64,000 nt of DNA from Candidatus Amunia macphersoniae (GCA_016464795.1 JAEKNN010000058.1:966-64965), one strand, 5' to 3'; counted from the first letter of the stretch, positions 28,979 through 38,676 are shown. Numbers and translations are program-made. The notes: generated by a model from the letters alone, not told the origin.

Positions 28979-29372
28979 GCCGAGTCTGTCAGGACATGTG
29001 CGGCAAGCCCCTCACGTTCGATCAACCAACCGAGCAGGAGGTGCTCGGTGTGCCTACCTCACCATCGCCCCGCCGGCGAGCTTCCTCGAAGGAGAGCTCC
29101 ACGACGACCTTCACCCGCGATGTCGGGATGATCCCCTGCTCACGCTTCTGTGGCGCGTTCCGGCCCAGGAGGGGGTCGATCATCCGGCGCACCCTGTCGA
29201 TATCGACACACATGCCATTCAACACCGTGGCAGCACGGCCGTCGCCCACACGGACCACACCGAGGAGCAGATGCTCGGTGCCGATGTATGTGTGGCGGGC
29301 GCGTTCGGCCTCCTCCTGCGCCAGCGTGAGCGCCTCCTTGGCTCCGTCGGAGAAGCGTCCAAAGGGATGCAC
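28966..29372 (-). pseudogene. Clp_N domain protein (two repeats) carrying a 1-nt insertion around 29050
   Basis: Repeat 1 is intact (FSDGAKEALTLAQEEAERARHTYIGTEHLLLGVV). Repeat 2 switches frame after …ELSFEEARRRGDGEV; removing one base restores GTEHLLLGWLIEREGLAAHVLTDSA*, ending at TGA 28966-28968. The listed ORF ends prematurely at 29022. Confidence 0.6.
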
Positions 29373-29407
29373 GTCAGATCGTCAGTGGGAAGGAGCGCGG
29401 CCGACGC

Positions 29408-29977
29408 CTACCTGGACAACTCCGCGCACACATGGTCCAGGTTCGCCCGCCACACAACGTGGGGCGTGGGTGGCAGGACGTCATCCCAGATCGCGGCGAA
29501 GCTGCCGATCAGCTGGGGGATTCGCGCCGGGCGCGCCATGAACCACCAATGCAGGTGCTCGGTGCCGTCACCCCACCGGCAGACGTGGACGCGGCCGATC
29601 TCCCCGACCGACCGGATCGCGCGCTCGACGCGGACCAGCATCACGCCCAGCTCGGCCGCCAAGTCGTCCGAGAGGTCGCCTGGCTCGGCGTAATGCTCGC
29701 GAGGCTCCAACAGGAGCACCACGGGCAGGCCGCTGGGCTGCGATGGGGCGAAGAGGCGCCATCGCTCATTCGTCCACAGGTACTTCTCGTCGGTCGCCGT
29801 GCAGCTCCTGCAGTCCACCCCGCCTCGTCCCTCGCGAGGAGGATCCGTGTCGGCCGGTGCACGCAGCGGCCGTGGACGCATCTCTCCGCCGAAGGGGAAC
29901 GTGTCCCACTCCCCCACCGGAGGCATGCGCAGACCGTCAAGAACTCGCTCGTAGAGCTGCTCGGGCGTTTCCGGCAT
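29408..29977 (-). CDS. HIT-like superfamily protein with an N-terminal Cys pair and a degenerate histidine triad
   Basis: CRSCTATDEKYLW…GTEHLHWWFMARP sits at the HIT position (HxHxx). It is divergent from and paralogous in layout to the neighbouring canonical HIT gene. Confidence 0.45.
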   Translation of the reverse strand: MPETPEQLYERVLDGLRMPPVGEWDTFPFGGEMRPRPLRAPADTDPPREGRGGVDCRSCTATDEKYLWTNERWRLFAPSQPSGLPVVLLLEPREHYAEPGDLSDDLAAELGVMLVRVERAIRSVGEIGRVHVCRWGDGTEHLHWWFMARPARIPQLIGSFAAIWDDVLPPTPHVVWRANLDHVCAELSR

Positions 29978-30011
29978 GGACGCCTCCGGGTGGGCACTGT
30001 AGGCTGCAACC

Positions 30012-30521
30012 GTGCAGTGGCCTGAGTCGTTTTACCAGAAGCTGCGCGGCGTCGGCTGCACGATGTGCGCGCAGGGGCGCCCGGACGCGACCGACGACGG
30101 CGTTCGTTTCCACGCCGGTGTGGTCACCGACGCGTACCTGCGTCGCGCCAACATCCAGCGCGGCCTCACAGTGGTCATCTGGCGCGGCCGTCACGTTGCC
30201 GAACCAACGGAGTTGCGCGACGACGAGGCAGCCCTGTACTGGCGCGAGGTTCTGATGGTGGGTCGTGCTCTCGAGGAGGCGTTCCGGCCGGTGAAGCTCA
30301 ACTACAACGTGCTGGGCAATTCGCTGCCACACCTGCACACGCACATAGTTCCCCGCTACGCCGACGACCCACGGCCGGGGTGGCCTTTCCCGTTTCCAGA
30401 AGAGGACCCTTCGCCCATTCCGGACGACGCCTTGCGCCGCGACCTCGACGCGCTTCGCGCCGTGCTGGTGCGCTCATCGTCGCCGACCTCTGCGGGTCAG
30501 CGACGATCAGTCAGCGGATGA
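30012..30521 (+). CDS. HIT family hydrolase
   Basis: It carries the canonical histidine triad NSLPHLHTHIVPRY and an N-terminal CTMCAQG. Confidence 0.75.
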   Translation: MQWPESFYQKLRGVGCTMCAQGRPDATDDGVRFHAGVVTDAYLRRANIQRGLTVVIWRGRHVAEPTELRDDEAALYWREVLMVGRALEEAFRPVKLNYNVLGNSLPHLHTHIVPRYADDPRPGWPFPFPEEDPSPIPDDALRRDLDALRAVLVRSSSPTSAGQRRSVSG

Positions 30522-30566
30522 AGCGCGCGGCGCGCTGCTGATCCCGTGCACGAAGTGCTGCGGAGC

Positions 30567-31763
30567 TCACTCCACCAGGCGCTGGCTGAGGAGCTGTTGC
30601 TCGGCCGCGTTCGAGGTGAGAGTGACCGCCCTCCGGTCGGCGTCAGCCGCTTCGCCGTCGCGGCTCAGATCACGCAGGAGCACAGCCCGGGTGGCGTGGA
30701 AGAGGTGGTAGCCGTCGAGAAGGCCGCTCAAGCGATCGACCTCGGTGAGGGCAATCGCAGGCCCATCAACCTGACCCAGCGCGATGGCACGGTTCAAGAG
30801 AACCACCGGTGATGGATCGAGTGCCGCGAGCACGCTGTACAGGCCGACGACTCGGCGCCAGTCGGTCTGCTCCCAGGTGGTCGCCTCGCAGTGCACGGCG
30901 GCGATGGCTGCCTGCACCTGATACGGACCGGGACGCTGCAGCGCGGTGGCACGCCCGAGCAAGCGCACCGCGTCGGTGATCGCCCGGCGATCCCACAGCG
31001 CTCGGTCCTGGTCGGCCAGAAGTACGAGTTGCCCGTGCTCATCCAGGCGCGCCGGCCATCGCGCCAGATGGAGGCGGATCAGAGCGAGCAGCCCCAGCGG
31101 TTCCGGCTCGCCGGGCAGCAGACGCACCAGCAGTCCGGCGAGCCACTCCACGTCCTGGACCAGGTCCTGGCGGGTCGCGTCCTCGCCGCTGGTGGCCAGG
31201 TGGCCTTCGTTGAACACCAGGTAGAGAACCGTGAGCACCTCGCCCAGTCGATCGCCGAGCTCCGCCCCAGCCGGGATTCGGTACGGGATGCCGGCGGCCA
31301 CGATCTTCCGCTTCGCCCGGGTGATGCGCTTGGCCATGGTGGCCTCCGGGACCAGGAAGGCTCGCGCGATCTCGGTGGTGGTCAGCCCCACCACCGCGCG
31401 GAGCGTGAGCGCCACCTGCGCCTCACGCTCCAATGCTGGGTGGCAGCAGGTGAAGATCAGGCGCAACCGGTCGTCGACCTCGCGCCGCGGCACCTCGGGG
31501 ATCGCCGCGACCCTCTGGAGCAGCTCGCGGTACTTCGCCTCCCGTCTCAGCCGGTCGAGACCCTTGCGACGCGCCGCGGTCAGCAACCAGGCTCCGGGAC
31601 GGTCAGGAACGCCGTCGCGGGGCCAGTGCTCCAGGGCTTCGACGAGCGCGTCGGCGACCAGCTCCTCGGCAAGGTCGAAGTCGCCGATGAGGCGAACCAG
31701 GCTCGCGGTGAGCCGGCCCGCCTCTTCCCGGAAGACACGCTCGACCGGGCTCTGCGACGGCAC
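30567..31763 (-). CDS. ECF-type RNA polymerase sigma factor with a long C-terminal extension (~200 aa)
   Basis: The N-terminal ~190 aa have sigma-70 regions 2 and 4 (…LVADALVEALEHW…, …LTTTEIARAFLVPEATMAKRITRAK…), followed by a helical C-terminal domain of the DUF6596-like type. Confidence 0.75.
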   Translation of the reverse strand: MPSQSPVERVFREEAGRLTASLVRLIGDFDLAEELVADALVEALEHWPRDGVPDRPGAWLLTAARRKGLDRLRREAKYRELLQRVAAIPEVPRREVDDRLRLIFTCCHPALEREAQVALTLRAVVGLTTTEIARAFLVPEATMAKRITRAKRKIVAAGIPYRIPAGAELGDRLGEVLTVLYLVFNEGHLATSGEDATRQDLVQDVEWLAGLLVRLLPGEPEPLGLLALIRLHLARWPARLDEHGQLVLLADQDRALWDRRAITDAVRLLGRATALQRPGPYQVQAAIAAVHCEATTWEQTDWRRVVGLYSVLAALDPSPVVLLNRAIALGQVDGPAIALTEVDRLSGLLDGYHLFHATRAVLLRDLSRDGEAADADRRAVTLTSNAAEQQLLSQRLVE

Positions 31764-31769
31764 AGGGAC

Positions 31770-32111
31770 TCAGCGGACCACGACGGGTCGAATCTCCGCA
31801 AATCCGCTCGGCGACGGGAAGGTGCGGACGATCGCGATCGCCTCGTCGAGATCGGCGACATCGAGGATGCCGTATCCGCCGACCACCTCTTTGGCCTCCA
31901 TGAACGGTCCGTCAACAATCGTCGACTGGCCGCCGCGCAGCACCACCGTGGTGGCTGTGTCGGGGTGCTGGAGTTGATGTCCTGCGACGATCTTCCCCTC
32001 AGCGGCAAGGCGTCCCCACCACTGCTGGATCTCGCCGAAGATCCGGTTGCGCTCGTCCTCGGGCGCCTTGTCCTCCCACTCGCTGCGCGACAGCAAGACC
32101 ATGTACTGCAT
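31770..32111 (-). CDS. YciI-like (YCII-related/DGPF) domain protein
   Basis: MQYMVLLSRSE…DGPFMEAKEVVGGYGILDVADLDEAIAI is the YciI fold. GGAGG lies 6 nt upstream of the ATG at 32111, and the gene is directly upstream of the ECF sigma gene. Confidence 0.75.
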   Translation of the reverse strand: MQYMVLLSRSEWEDKAPEDERNRIFGEIQQWWGRLAAEGKIVAGHQLQHPDTATTVVLRGGQSTIVDGPFMEAKEVVGGYGILDVADLDEAIAIVRTFPSPSGFAEIRPVVVR

Positions 32112-32434
32112 CTCGGGGCCTCCAATCGGTTGATCCTGCATCGACGACGAATGGCCGTGCCGGAATTGGACAGGTCGGCTCTGCCTCGACGCTGGCGATT
32201 GAGCTGTCAAGCGTTCCTCACCAGGCGCGCCATTCTCAGCCAAGCGGCCCGCGGGTCCCATCAGTGGCTGCCGGGCTGAGATCGTTGCCCGCACATCGCC
32301 CACCGCCCTGCCACCCCGCGGCAGCCAAACACGTGCCACGCGCACACGGATGTACGCGCCTCCCGGCCTGTCTCGTATCCTGAGGGCGAGCGGCCTGGCC
32401 CACCTGCCCGGCCGGCGTGCTGAGGGCTGATGAG

Positions 32435-33055
32435 ATGACCGACATTGCCGACCCGCTGGTCCGTCGCGCCGGCTTCCACGCCATGACTGAGGGCACTGCC
32501 GATGACTGGCAGGCGATCAGCGCTCATTTCCTCGACCATGGCACGCGCCTGACGGATCGGGTCTTCGACCATCTCCGCCTGTTGAGTGACGACCATGGCG
32601 GCTTCGCCGTGAGCCGGCTCGAACATTCACTGCAGACAGCGACCCGAGCCGCACGCGCCAACCGGGATGACGAGTACGTCGCCTGCGCACTGCTCCACGA
32701 CATCGGCGACACGCTCTGCAGCTACAACCATCCCGATGCCGCGGTCGCCATCCTGCGCCCGTTCGTCTCGGCCGAGAACCTCTGGATGGTGGAGAAGCAC
32801 GGCATCTTCCAGGGATACCACTACTTCCACTTCATCGGCCTGAATCGCGACGCCCGCGAGGCCTATCGCGACCATGAATGCTACGAGCGCACCGTCGAGT
32901 TCTGCGCGGAGTTCGATCAGAACTCGTTCGATCCTGCGTACCCCAGTCTGCCCCTCGAGGAATTCCGCCCGTTGCTGCAGAGATTGTTCACGCGTCCCCA
33001 GCACAGCTACCTGCAGGAGGCGGTCCAGAGGGACCCGGCGGCGGCAAGCAGGTGA
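32435..33055 (+). CDS. HD domain-containing protein (metal-dependent phosphohydrolase/oxygenase superfamily)
   Basis: H…HSLQTA…ALLHDIGD is the HD motif; the protein is ~206 aa. Confidence 0.6.
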   Translation: MTDIADPLVRRAGFHAMTEGTADDWQAISAHFLDHGTRLTDRVFDHLRLLSDDHGGFAVSRLEHSLQTATRAARANRDDEYVACALLHDIGDTLCSYNHPDAAVAILRPFVSAENLWMVEKHGIFQGYHYFHFIGLNRDAREAYRDHECYERTVEFCAEFDQNSFDPAYPSLPLEEFRPLLQRLFTRPQHSYLQEAVQRDPAAASR

Positions 33056-33157
33056 ACCTGCCCGCCCCGCGCACCTTCGAGTCCGTCGACGACCAGCGCT
33101 ACGACCGCACGGTGCGACTGTCGGCCGCGGCCTGACCCTGCCCCGACGAGGACCCCT

Positions 33158-34114
33158 GTGGACGTACTGCGAACTCCGGACGAACGATTCGGCGAGTTGC
33201 CCGGCTACGCATTCCAGCCGCGCTACGTCGAGGTGCCGGCCGGCGACGGCAACAGCATCAGCCTGCGGATGCACTACCTCGACGAGGGGCCGCCTGGCGG
33301 GGAGGTCGTCCTGCTGCTGCACGGAGAGCCGTCCTGGTCGTACCTGTACCGGCGGATGATCCCGGTGCTGGTCGCCGCGGGTCTCCGGGCGGTGGCCGTC
33401 GACCTGGTCGGCTTCGGTCGCAGCGACAAGCCCGCCAGCCGGGCCGACTACACCTACCGGGCGCATGTGGAGTGGACATGGGCAGCGGTCGAGGCGATCG
33501 GGCTGCGCGACATCACCCTGGTGTGCCAGGACTGGGGCGGGCTGATCGGGCTGCGACTGGTCGGGGAGCACCCCGAGCGCTTTGCCCGAGTGGTGGCCGC
33601 GAACACCTTCTTGCCGACCGGGGACCGCCATCCCGGTGACGCCTTCCTCGCCTGGCAACGGTACAGCCAGGAGACACCCGAGTTGCGAGTGGGGCGAATC
33701 GTCAGTGGGGGCTGCGTGACCGACCTCGCCCCCGAGGTGATTGCCGCCTACGACGCACCTTTCCCGGACGACACGTACAAGGCGGGCGCGCGCCAGTTCC
33801 CGCTGCTGGTGCCGACCAGCCCGCACGACCCGGCAGCACCAGCAAACCGAATCGCGTGGGAGTCTCTGCGTCGCTTCGAGCGACCATTCCTGTGCGCCTT
33901 CTCCGACTCCGATGCGATCACCCGAGGAGCCGACACGCTCTTGCGCGCGGAGATTCCGGGCGCGATTGGTCAACCGCACACCACCATCACCGGCGCCGGG
34001 CATTTCCTCCAAGAGGACAAGGGCGAAGATCTCGCCAGAGTCATCGCCGATTTCGTGGCCGCCACTGCAGAGCAGGACTCCCCGTTACCGGCGCCAGCGC
34101 CTGCGAAGCCCTGA
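33158..34114 (+). CDS. Haloalkane dehalogenase (alpha/beta hydrolase, DhlA/DhmA-like)
   Basis: HGEPSWSYLYRRMIP, DWGG (nucleophile elbow, Asp) and a C-terminal catalytic His in GAGHFLQED are present. Confidence 0.8.
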   Translation: MDVLRTPDERFGELPGYAFQPRYVEVPAGDGNSISLRMHYLDEGPPGGEVVLLLHGEPSWSYLYRRMIPVLVAAGLRAVAVDLVGFGRSDKPASRADYTYRAHVEWTWAAVEAIGLRDITLVCQDWGGLIGLRLVGEHPERFARVVAANTFLPTGDRHPGDAFLAWQRYSQETPELRVGRIVSGGCVTDLAPEVIAAYDAPFPDDTYKAGARQFPLLVPTSPHDPAAPANRIAWESLRRFERPFLCAFSDSDAITRGADTLLRAEIPGAIGQPHTTITGAGHFLQEDKGEDLARVIADFVAATAEQDSPLPAPAPAKP

Positions 34115-34514
34115 GCGAGCCGGTCGTCGACGGGGCACCTCCGCCGCCGCCCCGCACCGACGTCACAAACCGCCGACTCCCCCTTGACGCCGTCCGCCAG
34201 ACGGCTATCCTGAGAGACAAGGAACCGACTGCATACGGAGGTCAACTTCATGATGCGTACGGTCTTCGAGCTGTATCGGGCCACTCGAGCCGATCGGTAG
34301 GGCCCGGACCACGGGTCGCACCCCGGCGATCCGCCCGGAAGCGCCACCGTCTGAGACCCTCAGCTCGATGCCTGCAGGGCTCCGGTGATCATTGAAATGA
34401 GCGCAGGGCGCCGCCGACAAGTGCCACCGGGTTCGGGCGGGCCAGCTGGCACCCACGGGTGCCCACCAACACAGCCCGGCCGCACGCCGGGTGCCGACAC
34501 AGTTCGGCAGAACT

Positions 34515-35144
34515 TCAGGGACCGGCCTTTGAGCCGGTCCCTTTCTTTTCGACCCCCAAGCGCGACGAGGAGCGAGCTGCCGATACCGCCGGGTGATCGG
34601 TCCACCAGAAGCGGAGGGGCAGATCGTGAGCGCGGCTGATGCCCACTCGCGGACCGATCGACAGTGGCACTGATGTCGTGGCACGCTCGATGTGTACGCG
34701 GCCGTCGGCGCACAGGTCACTGCCGTTGTCGCTGCGTGTGATCGCCAGTCCCCTGCACAGATTGCCAGGACCGCTGAGCAGTCGCGAGAACTGCACCGAC
34801 GCTCCACGACGCGATCGCACAGCCGGCTCACCGCCTTCCACCACCGCCGCGCGCAGCAGCACGGCCGAGGCGGTTCCGGCGGGAGCGCAGACGACATTGG
34901 CGCAGTGGTGCATGCCGTAGCTGAAGTACACGTACAGCCGGCCGGGCTCGCCGAACATGATCGACGCCCGTGGAGTGGGGCCGCCAAAGGCGTGGGACGC
35001 CGCGTCGTCCAGGCCCAGGTAGGCCTCGACCTCGACGAGACGGGCGCGCACCTCCTCGGGGGTGCCGGCATCGACAACCAGCCGCGCTCCGACCAGGTCG
35101 CGGGCCACCTGATCAGCAGGGCGGCCCAGGAGCTGCCGCGACAC
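34515..35144 (-). CDS. mpg: DNA-3-methyladenine glycosylase (Mpg/AAG family)
   Basis: ARDLVGARLV…EVEAYLG…ASHA…GEPGRLYVYFSYGMHHCANVV match AAG. The GTG at 35144 is preceded by a GAGGGG ribosome-binding site. Confidence 0.85.
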   Translation of the reverse strand: MSRQLLGRPADQVARDLVGARLVVDAGTPEEVRARLVEVEAYLGLDDAASHAFGGPTPRASIMFGEPGRLYVYFSYGMHHCANVVCAPAGTASAVLLRAAVVEGGEPAVRSRRGASVQFSRLLSGPGNLCRGLAITRSDNGSDLCADGRVHIERATTSVPLSIGPRVGISRAHDLPLRFWWTDHPAVSAARSSSRLGVEKKGTGSKAGP

Positions 35145-35152
35145 CCGCCCCT

Positions 35153-37615
35153 CTATCGCCGCACCTCGGCCCCGCACCGAGCTCGCAGCGAGGCGGCGAT
35201 GCCCTCCTGCAGGCGTTGTGCCTCCTCGGAGGTGAGCGTGCGCTCGCCAGCCCGGTAGGTGAGCCGGAAGGTCCACCCCTTCCGGCCCGGTTCGACGCCG
35301 GGGCCGCGGTACTCGTCATAGATGGCGGCGCTCTCCAGCAGGGTGCCGCCGGCCTCTCGGACCGTGCTCAGGGCATCCCCGGCGAGCGCCTGGCTTGGCA
35401 CGGTCACCGCCAGGTCCTGGACAACGGCGGGGTGTCGTGGCGGCGCCAGGTACCGACGGGTCGCCACGTGCTCGGGGCTGAGAAGGTTGTCGACCTGCAT
35501 CTCGAGCACGGCGATCCTGCCGCGAAGCTCGTAGCGGGCGGCGCTGACCCTGTCGAGCTCGCCGATCACGCCGACGTCGAGCCCGTCCAGGAGCAGACGA
35601 CCCGATCGGCCGGTGCGCAGGCCGGCGACCTCGGCCGGCAGCGTCTCCACCAGCCCGGCGCCGAGCTCATGGCTGAGCCGGGCCGCGACCGCCTGCAGGT
35701 GGCGCAGATGCGCCGCGACCTGGCTGGCGCTGGTCGCTGACGCGGCCACGGCGAGCAGCAGTGGTTCGGCCGGCAAGGGCATCAGGCTCTCGTCGACCCC
35801 GTCAGCGATTGATCCCGGCGCCAGGCCGCGCCGCTCGCCCGCCCAGAATGCGCGGCCGAGCTCGAAGAGGCGCACCTCGTCGACGCCCCGTCGCAGGTTC
35901 CCAGCCACTGCCTGCCCCACACCTGGAAGAAGGCTGGTGCGGAGCACGCTCCAGTCCTCCGACAGGGGATTGCGCAGCGCCATCGGAGTGCGGCCGGCAC
36001 CGACCCCGTGGAGCGAATTGGCCAGCACCGGGGAGAGGAACGACCAGGTGATCGCCTCATCGAAACCGGCTCCGACGAGCACGTCCCTGATCAGATCGTC
36101 ACCGGCTGTGTCCGGCTCGACCGCGGACACGGCCGAGCGCCGGCCCGGCAGAGTGCTGGGCACCCGATCGTACCCGAGCGAGCGGCCCACCTCCTCGACC
36201 ACGTCCTCGACGATGCTGACGTCACGACGGAAATGCGGAGCGGCCACCGTGAGCTCGTCGCCGCGCTGTTCGACCCCAAAGCCCAAACGGGCCAGCGCGG
36301 TTGCGGCCTCGGTGGGGTCCACGGGGTAGCCGAGCTGCGCCGAGATGGTCGCGCCGCTGACCTCGATGGGCGCGATCGGCGGGAGCGGTCGGGCGCGCAC
36401 GTCGACCACATCCTGGAGCACGTGGCCGCCGCCGAGCTCGGCGATCAGTCCAGCGGCGCGGTCGAGCGCGATCGGCGGCAGGGTGTCGCTGAGGCCCTTC
36501 TCGTTCAGGCTGGAGGCATCCGTGCGGACCGCAAGACGCCTGGACGTGGCTCGAACGGTCGGTCCGTCCCAGCTGGCCGCCTCGAGCAGCACGTTGCGGG
36601 TGCCGTCACCGACCGCGGTATCGGTGCCCCCGATGACCCCGGCAACGCTGACGGCCACATCGCCGGCGCACACCGCCATGTCGTGGGGCCCCAGTTGGCG
36701 CTCGACGCCATCCAGGCAGAGCACCCGCTCGTCACGGCCGCGGCGCACCACCACGCGCGCCGCCCGGCTGCCATCGCCCTGCGCCCGAACGAAGCGGTCC
36801 AGGTCGAACCCGTGCAAGGGCTGGCCGAGCTCTCGCGCGACGTAGTTGGTGACATCGACGATGTTGTTGATCGGTCGCAATCCCACCGCTCGCAGCCGGC
36901 GTTGCAACCACGCCGGTGACGGGGCGACGGCCACGTTCTCGATGATCCGCACGCAGAAACGAGGACAACCTGCGGGGTCCTCGACATCGACCTCGGCCCG
37001 TTGCGCGAGGCTGGCCGCGCTGAGCAGCCCGGCCGGGATGGTGGGGTCCGGCTCGCGCACCGTCTCGCCGATGGCCGCGGCCATCTCCCGGGCCATCCCG
37101 AGATGGCAGAGACAGTCGGGCCGATTGGTGGTCACCTCGACATCGAGCACGGTGTCGATCTGCTCCACCTCGTGCAGGGACTGCCCCGGGCGTCCGCCCT
37201 CGAGGTGGTGGATCCCGGCTGCGTCCTCGCCGAGGCCCAGCTCGGCAGCCGAGCAGAGCATCCCCGGGGAGTGATACTTGCCGCCGAACATGGCACGAAC
37301 TCCAAGCGGCTCGTCCCAGCCGGGCAGCAGAGTCCCCGGCGGCGCGTACGGAACCAGGTCGTCGACCACCAGGTTGGCGGCGCCGGTGAGCACCCGAACA
37401 GGCTCGGCCCCGCCGGTGTCGAGATCGGCGAGCTGAACCCCCTTGGTGGACTCCGGCACGGGCGCGAGCGCGACCACGCGGGCCACGATCACGCCCGCCG
37501 GACCGCGGTCGACGTGGTCGACCTCAGTGCCTGTGTCGATCAGTCCCTGGACCAGGGTGTCCAGGGGAGCATCGAGAACTGAGTACTCGCGCAGCCACTC
37601 GAGCGAGATCTTCAT
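35153..37615 (-). CDS. pheT: Phenylalanine--tRNA ligase beta subunit
   Basis: [11 protein letters not shown] at the N-terminus, and the B3/4, B5 and FDX-ACB domains, identify it. The ATG overlaps the pheS stop (ATGA). Confidence 0.92.
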   Translation of the reverse strand: MKISLEWLREYSVLDAPLDTLVQGLIDTGTEVDHVDRGPAGVIVARVVALAPVPESTKGVQLADLDTGGAEPVRVLTGAANLVVDDLVPYAPPGTLLPGWDEPLGVRAMFGGKYHSPGMLCSAAELGLGEDAAGIHHLEGGRPGQSLHEVEQIDTVLDVEVTTNRPDCLCHLGMAREMAAAIGETVREPDPTIPAGLLSAASLAQRAEVDVEDPAGCPRFCVRIIENVAVAPSPAWLQRRLRAVGLRPINNIVDVTNYVARELGQPLHGFDLDRFVRAQGDGSRAARVVVRRGRDERVLCLDGVERQLGPHDMAVCAGDVAVSVAGVIGGTDTAVGDGTRNVLLEAASWDGPTVRATSRRLAVRTDASSLNEKGLSDTLPPIALDRAAGLIAELGGGHVLQDVVDVRARPLPPIAPIEVSGATISAQLGYPVDPTEAATALARLGFGVEQRGDELTVAAPHFRRDVSIVEDVVEEVGRSLGYDRVPSTLPGRRSAVSAVEPDTAGDDLIRDVLVGAGFDEAITWSFLSPVLANSLHGVGAGRTPMALRNPLSEDWSVLRTSLLPGVGQAVAGNLRRGVDEVRLFELGRAFWAGERRGLAPGSIADGVDESLMPLPAEPLLLAVAASATSASQVAAHLRHLQAVAARLSHELGAGLVETLPAEVAGLRTGRSGRLLLDGLDVGVIGELDRVSAARYELRGRIAVLEMQVDNLLSPEHVATRRYLAPPRHPAVVQDLAVTVPSQALAGDALSTVREAGGTLLESAAIYDEYRGPGVEPGRKGWTFRLTYRAGERTLTSEEAQRLQEGIAASLRARCGAEVRR

Positions 37616-38676
37616 CCCTGGCTCACGAAGCGCACGTCGTTCTCGTAGAGGAGGCGACCATCCTCGATGCCGTACGCCAGCATGGCGATTCGCTCGATGC
37701 CGATCCCGAAGGCGAAGCCGCTGTAGCGTGAGGCATCGATGCCGCCGTTGCCCAGGACGTGGGGATGGATCATCCCGGCGCCAGCGACCTCGAGCCAGCC
37801 GCTGCCCTTGCACAGCCGGCAGCCCTTCCCGCCACACATGGCACAGGACACGTCGAGCTCCACCGAGGGTTCGGTGAACTCGAAGTGGTGTGGACGCAGC
37901 CGGATCGAGCGATCGGCGCCGTACACCGAGCGAGCGAAGAATTCCAGCGTGCCCTTGAGGTCGCTGAGCGCGATCCCCTCGTCGATGCAGATGCCCTCGA
38001 CCTGGAAGAACATGGGGAAGTGGGTGGCGTCGTAGTCGCGGCGGTAGACCTTGCCGGGGACGATCACGCGCTGCGGTGCGCCGCGCACCAGCATGCTGCG
38101 GATCTGCACAGGCGATGTGTGGGTGCGAAGCACGCGGTCGTCGTCGATGAAGAAGGTGTCCTGGGTGTCACGCGACGGGTGGCCGGGGGGCATGTTGACC
38201 AGGGTGAAGTTGTAGCGGTCGTACTCGACCTCGGGTCCCTCGACGGCGATGTACCCGAGCTGACCGAAGATGCGACGAACGTCGCGGAACACTCGCGAGA
38301 CCGGATGAAGGTGCCCACGCCGCAGCGGAGGCGGCGGCCAGCTCAGGTCGATGGCCTCCGACGCACCGTCGGTGCCGACGTCCGAGAGGCTGGCGCGGCG
38401 CTCATCGACCGCCCCGGTCAGCCTCTCGACCAGGGCGTTCACCGTCTGACCCAGAGCGCGGCGGGCCTCTGCGTCGGGGATCGAGCCGATCCGCTTGCGA
38501 AAGACGGTGAGCAGGCCATCGCCGCGACCGAGGTAGCGCGCGCGGACGGCGTCGAGCACCCTCAGGTCAGCGGCGCTGGCCACCTCCTCGAAGGCGGCGG
38601 CCGCCACGGCGTGGACGTCCGACCCTGCCCCACCTGCCCCGCCGCCGGGCAGTGGCCCGGTGCGACCGTCGCTCAC
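37612..38676 (-). CDS. pheS: Phenylalanine--tRNA ligase alpha subunit
   Basis: Class II aaRS motifs (…[18 protein letters not shown]…, GAGMIHP) are present. The GTG at 38676 overlaps the rplT TGA (GTGA). Confidence 0.9.
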   Translation of the reverse strand: MSDGRTGPLPGGGAGGAGSDVHAVAAAAFEEVASAADLRVLDAVRARYLGRGDGLLTVFRKRIGSIPDAEARRALGQTVNALVERLTGAVDERRASLSDVGTDGASEAIDLSWPPPPLRRGHLHPVSRVFRDVRRIFGQLGYIAVEGPEVEYDRYNFTLVNMPPGHPSRDTQDTFFIDDDRVLRTHTSPVQIRSMLVRGAPQRVIVPGKVYRRDYDATHFPMFFQVEGICIDEGIALSDLKGTLEFFARSVYGADRSIRLRPHHFEFTEPSVELDVSCAMCGGKGCRLCKGSGWLEVAGAGMIHPHVLGNGGIDASRYSGFAFGIGIERIAMLAYGIEDGRLLYENDVRFVSQG

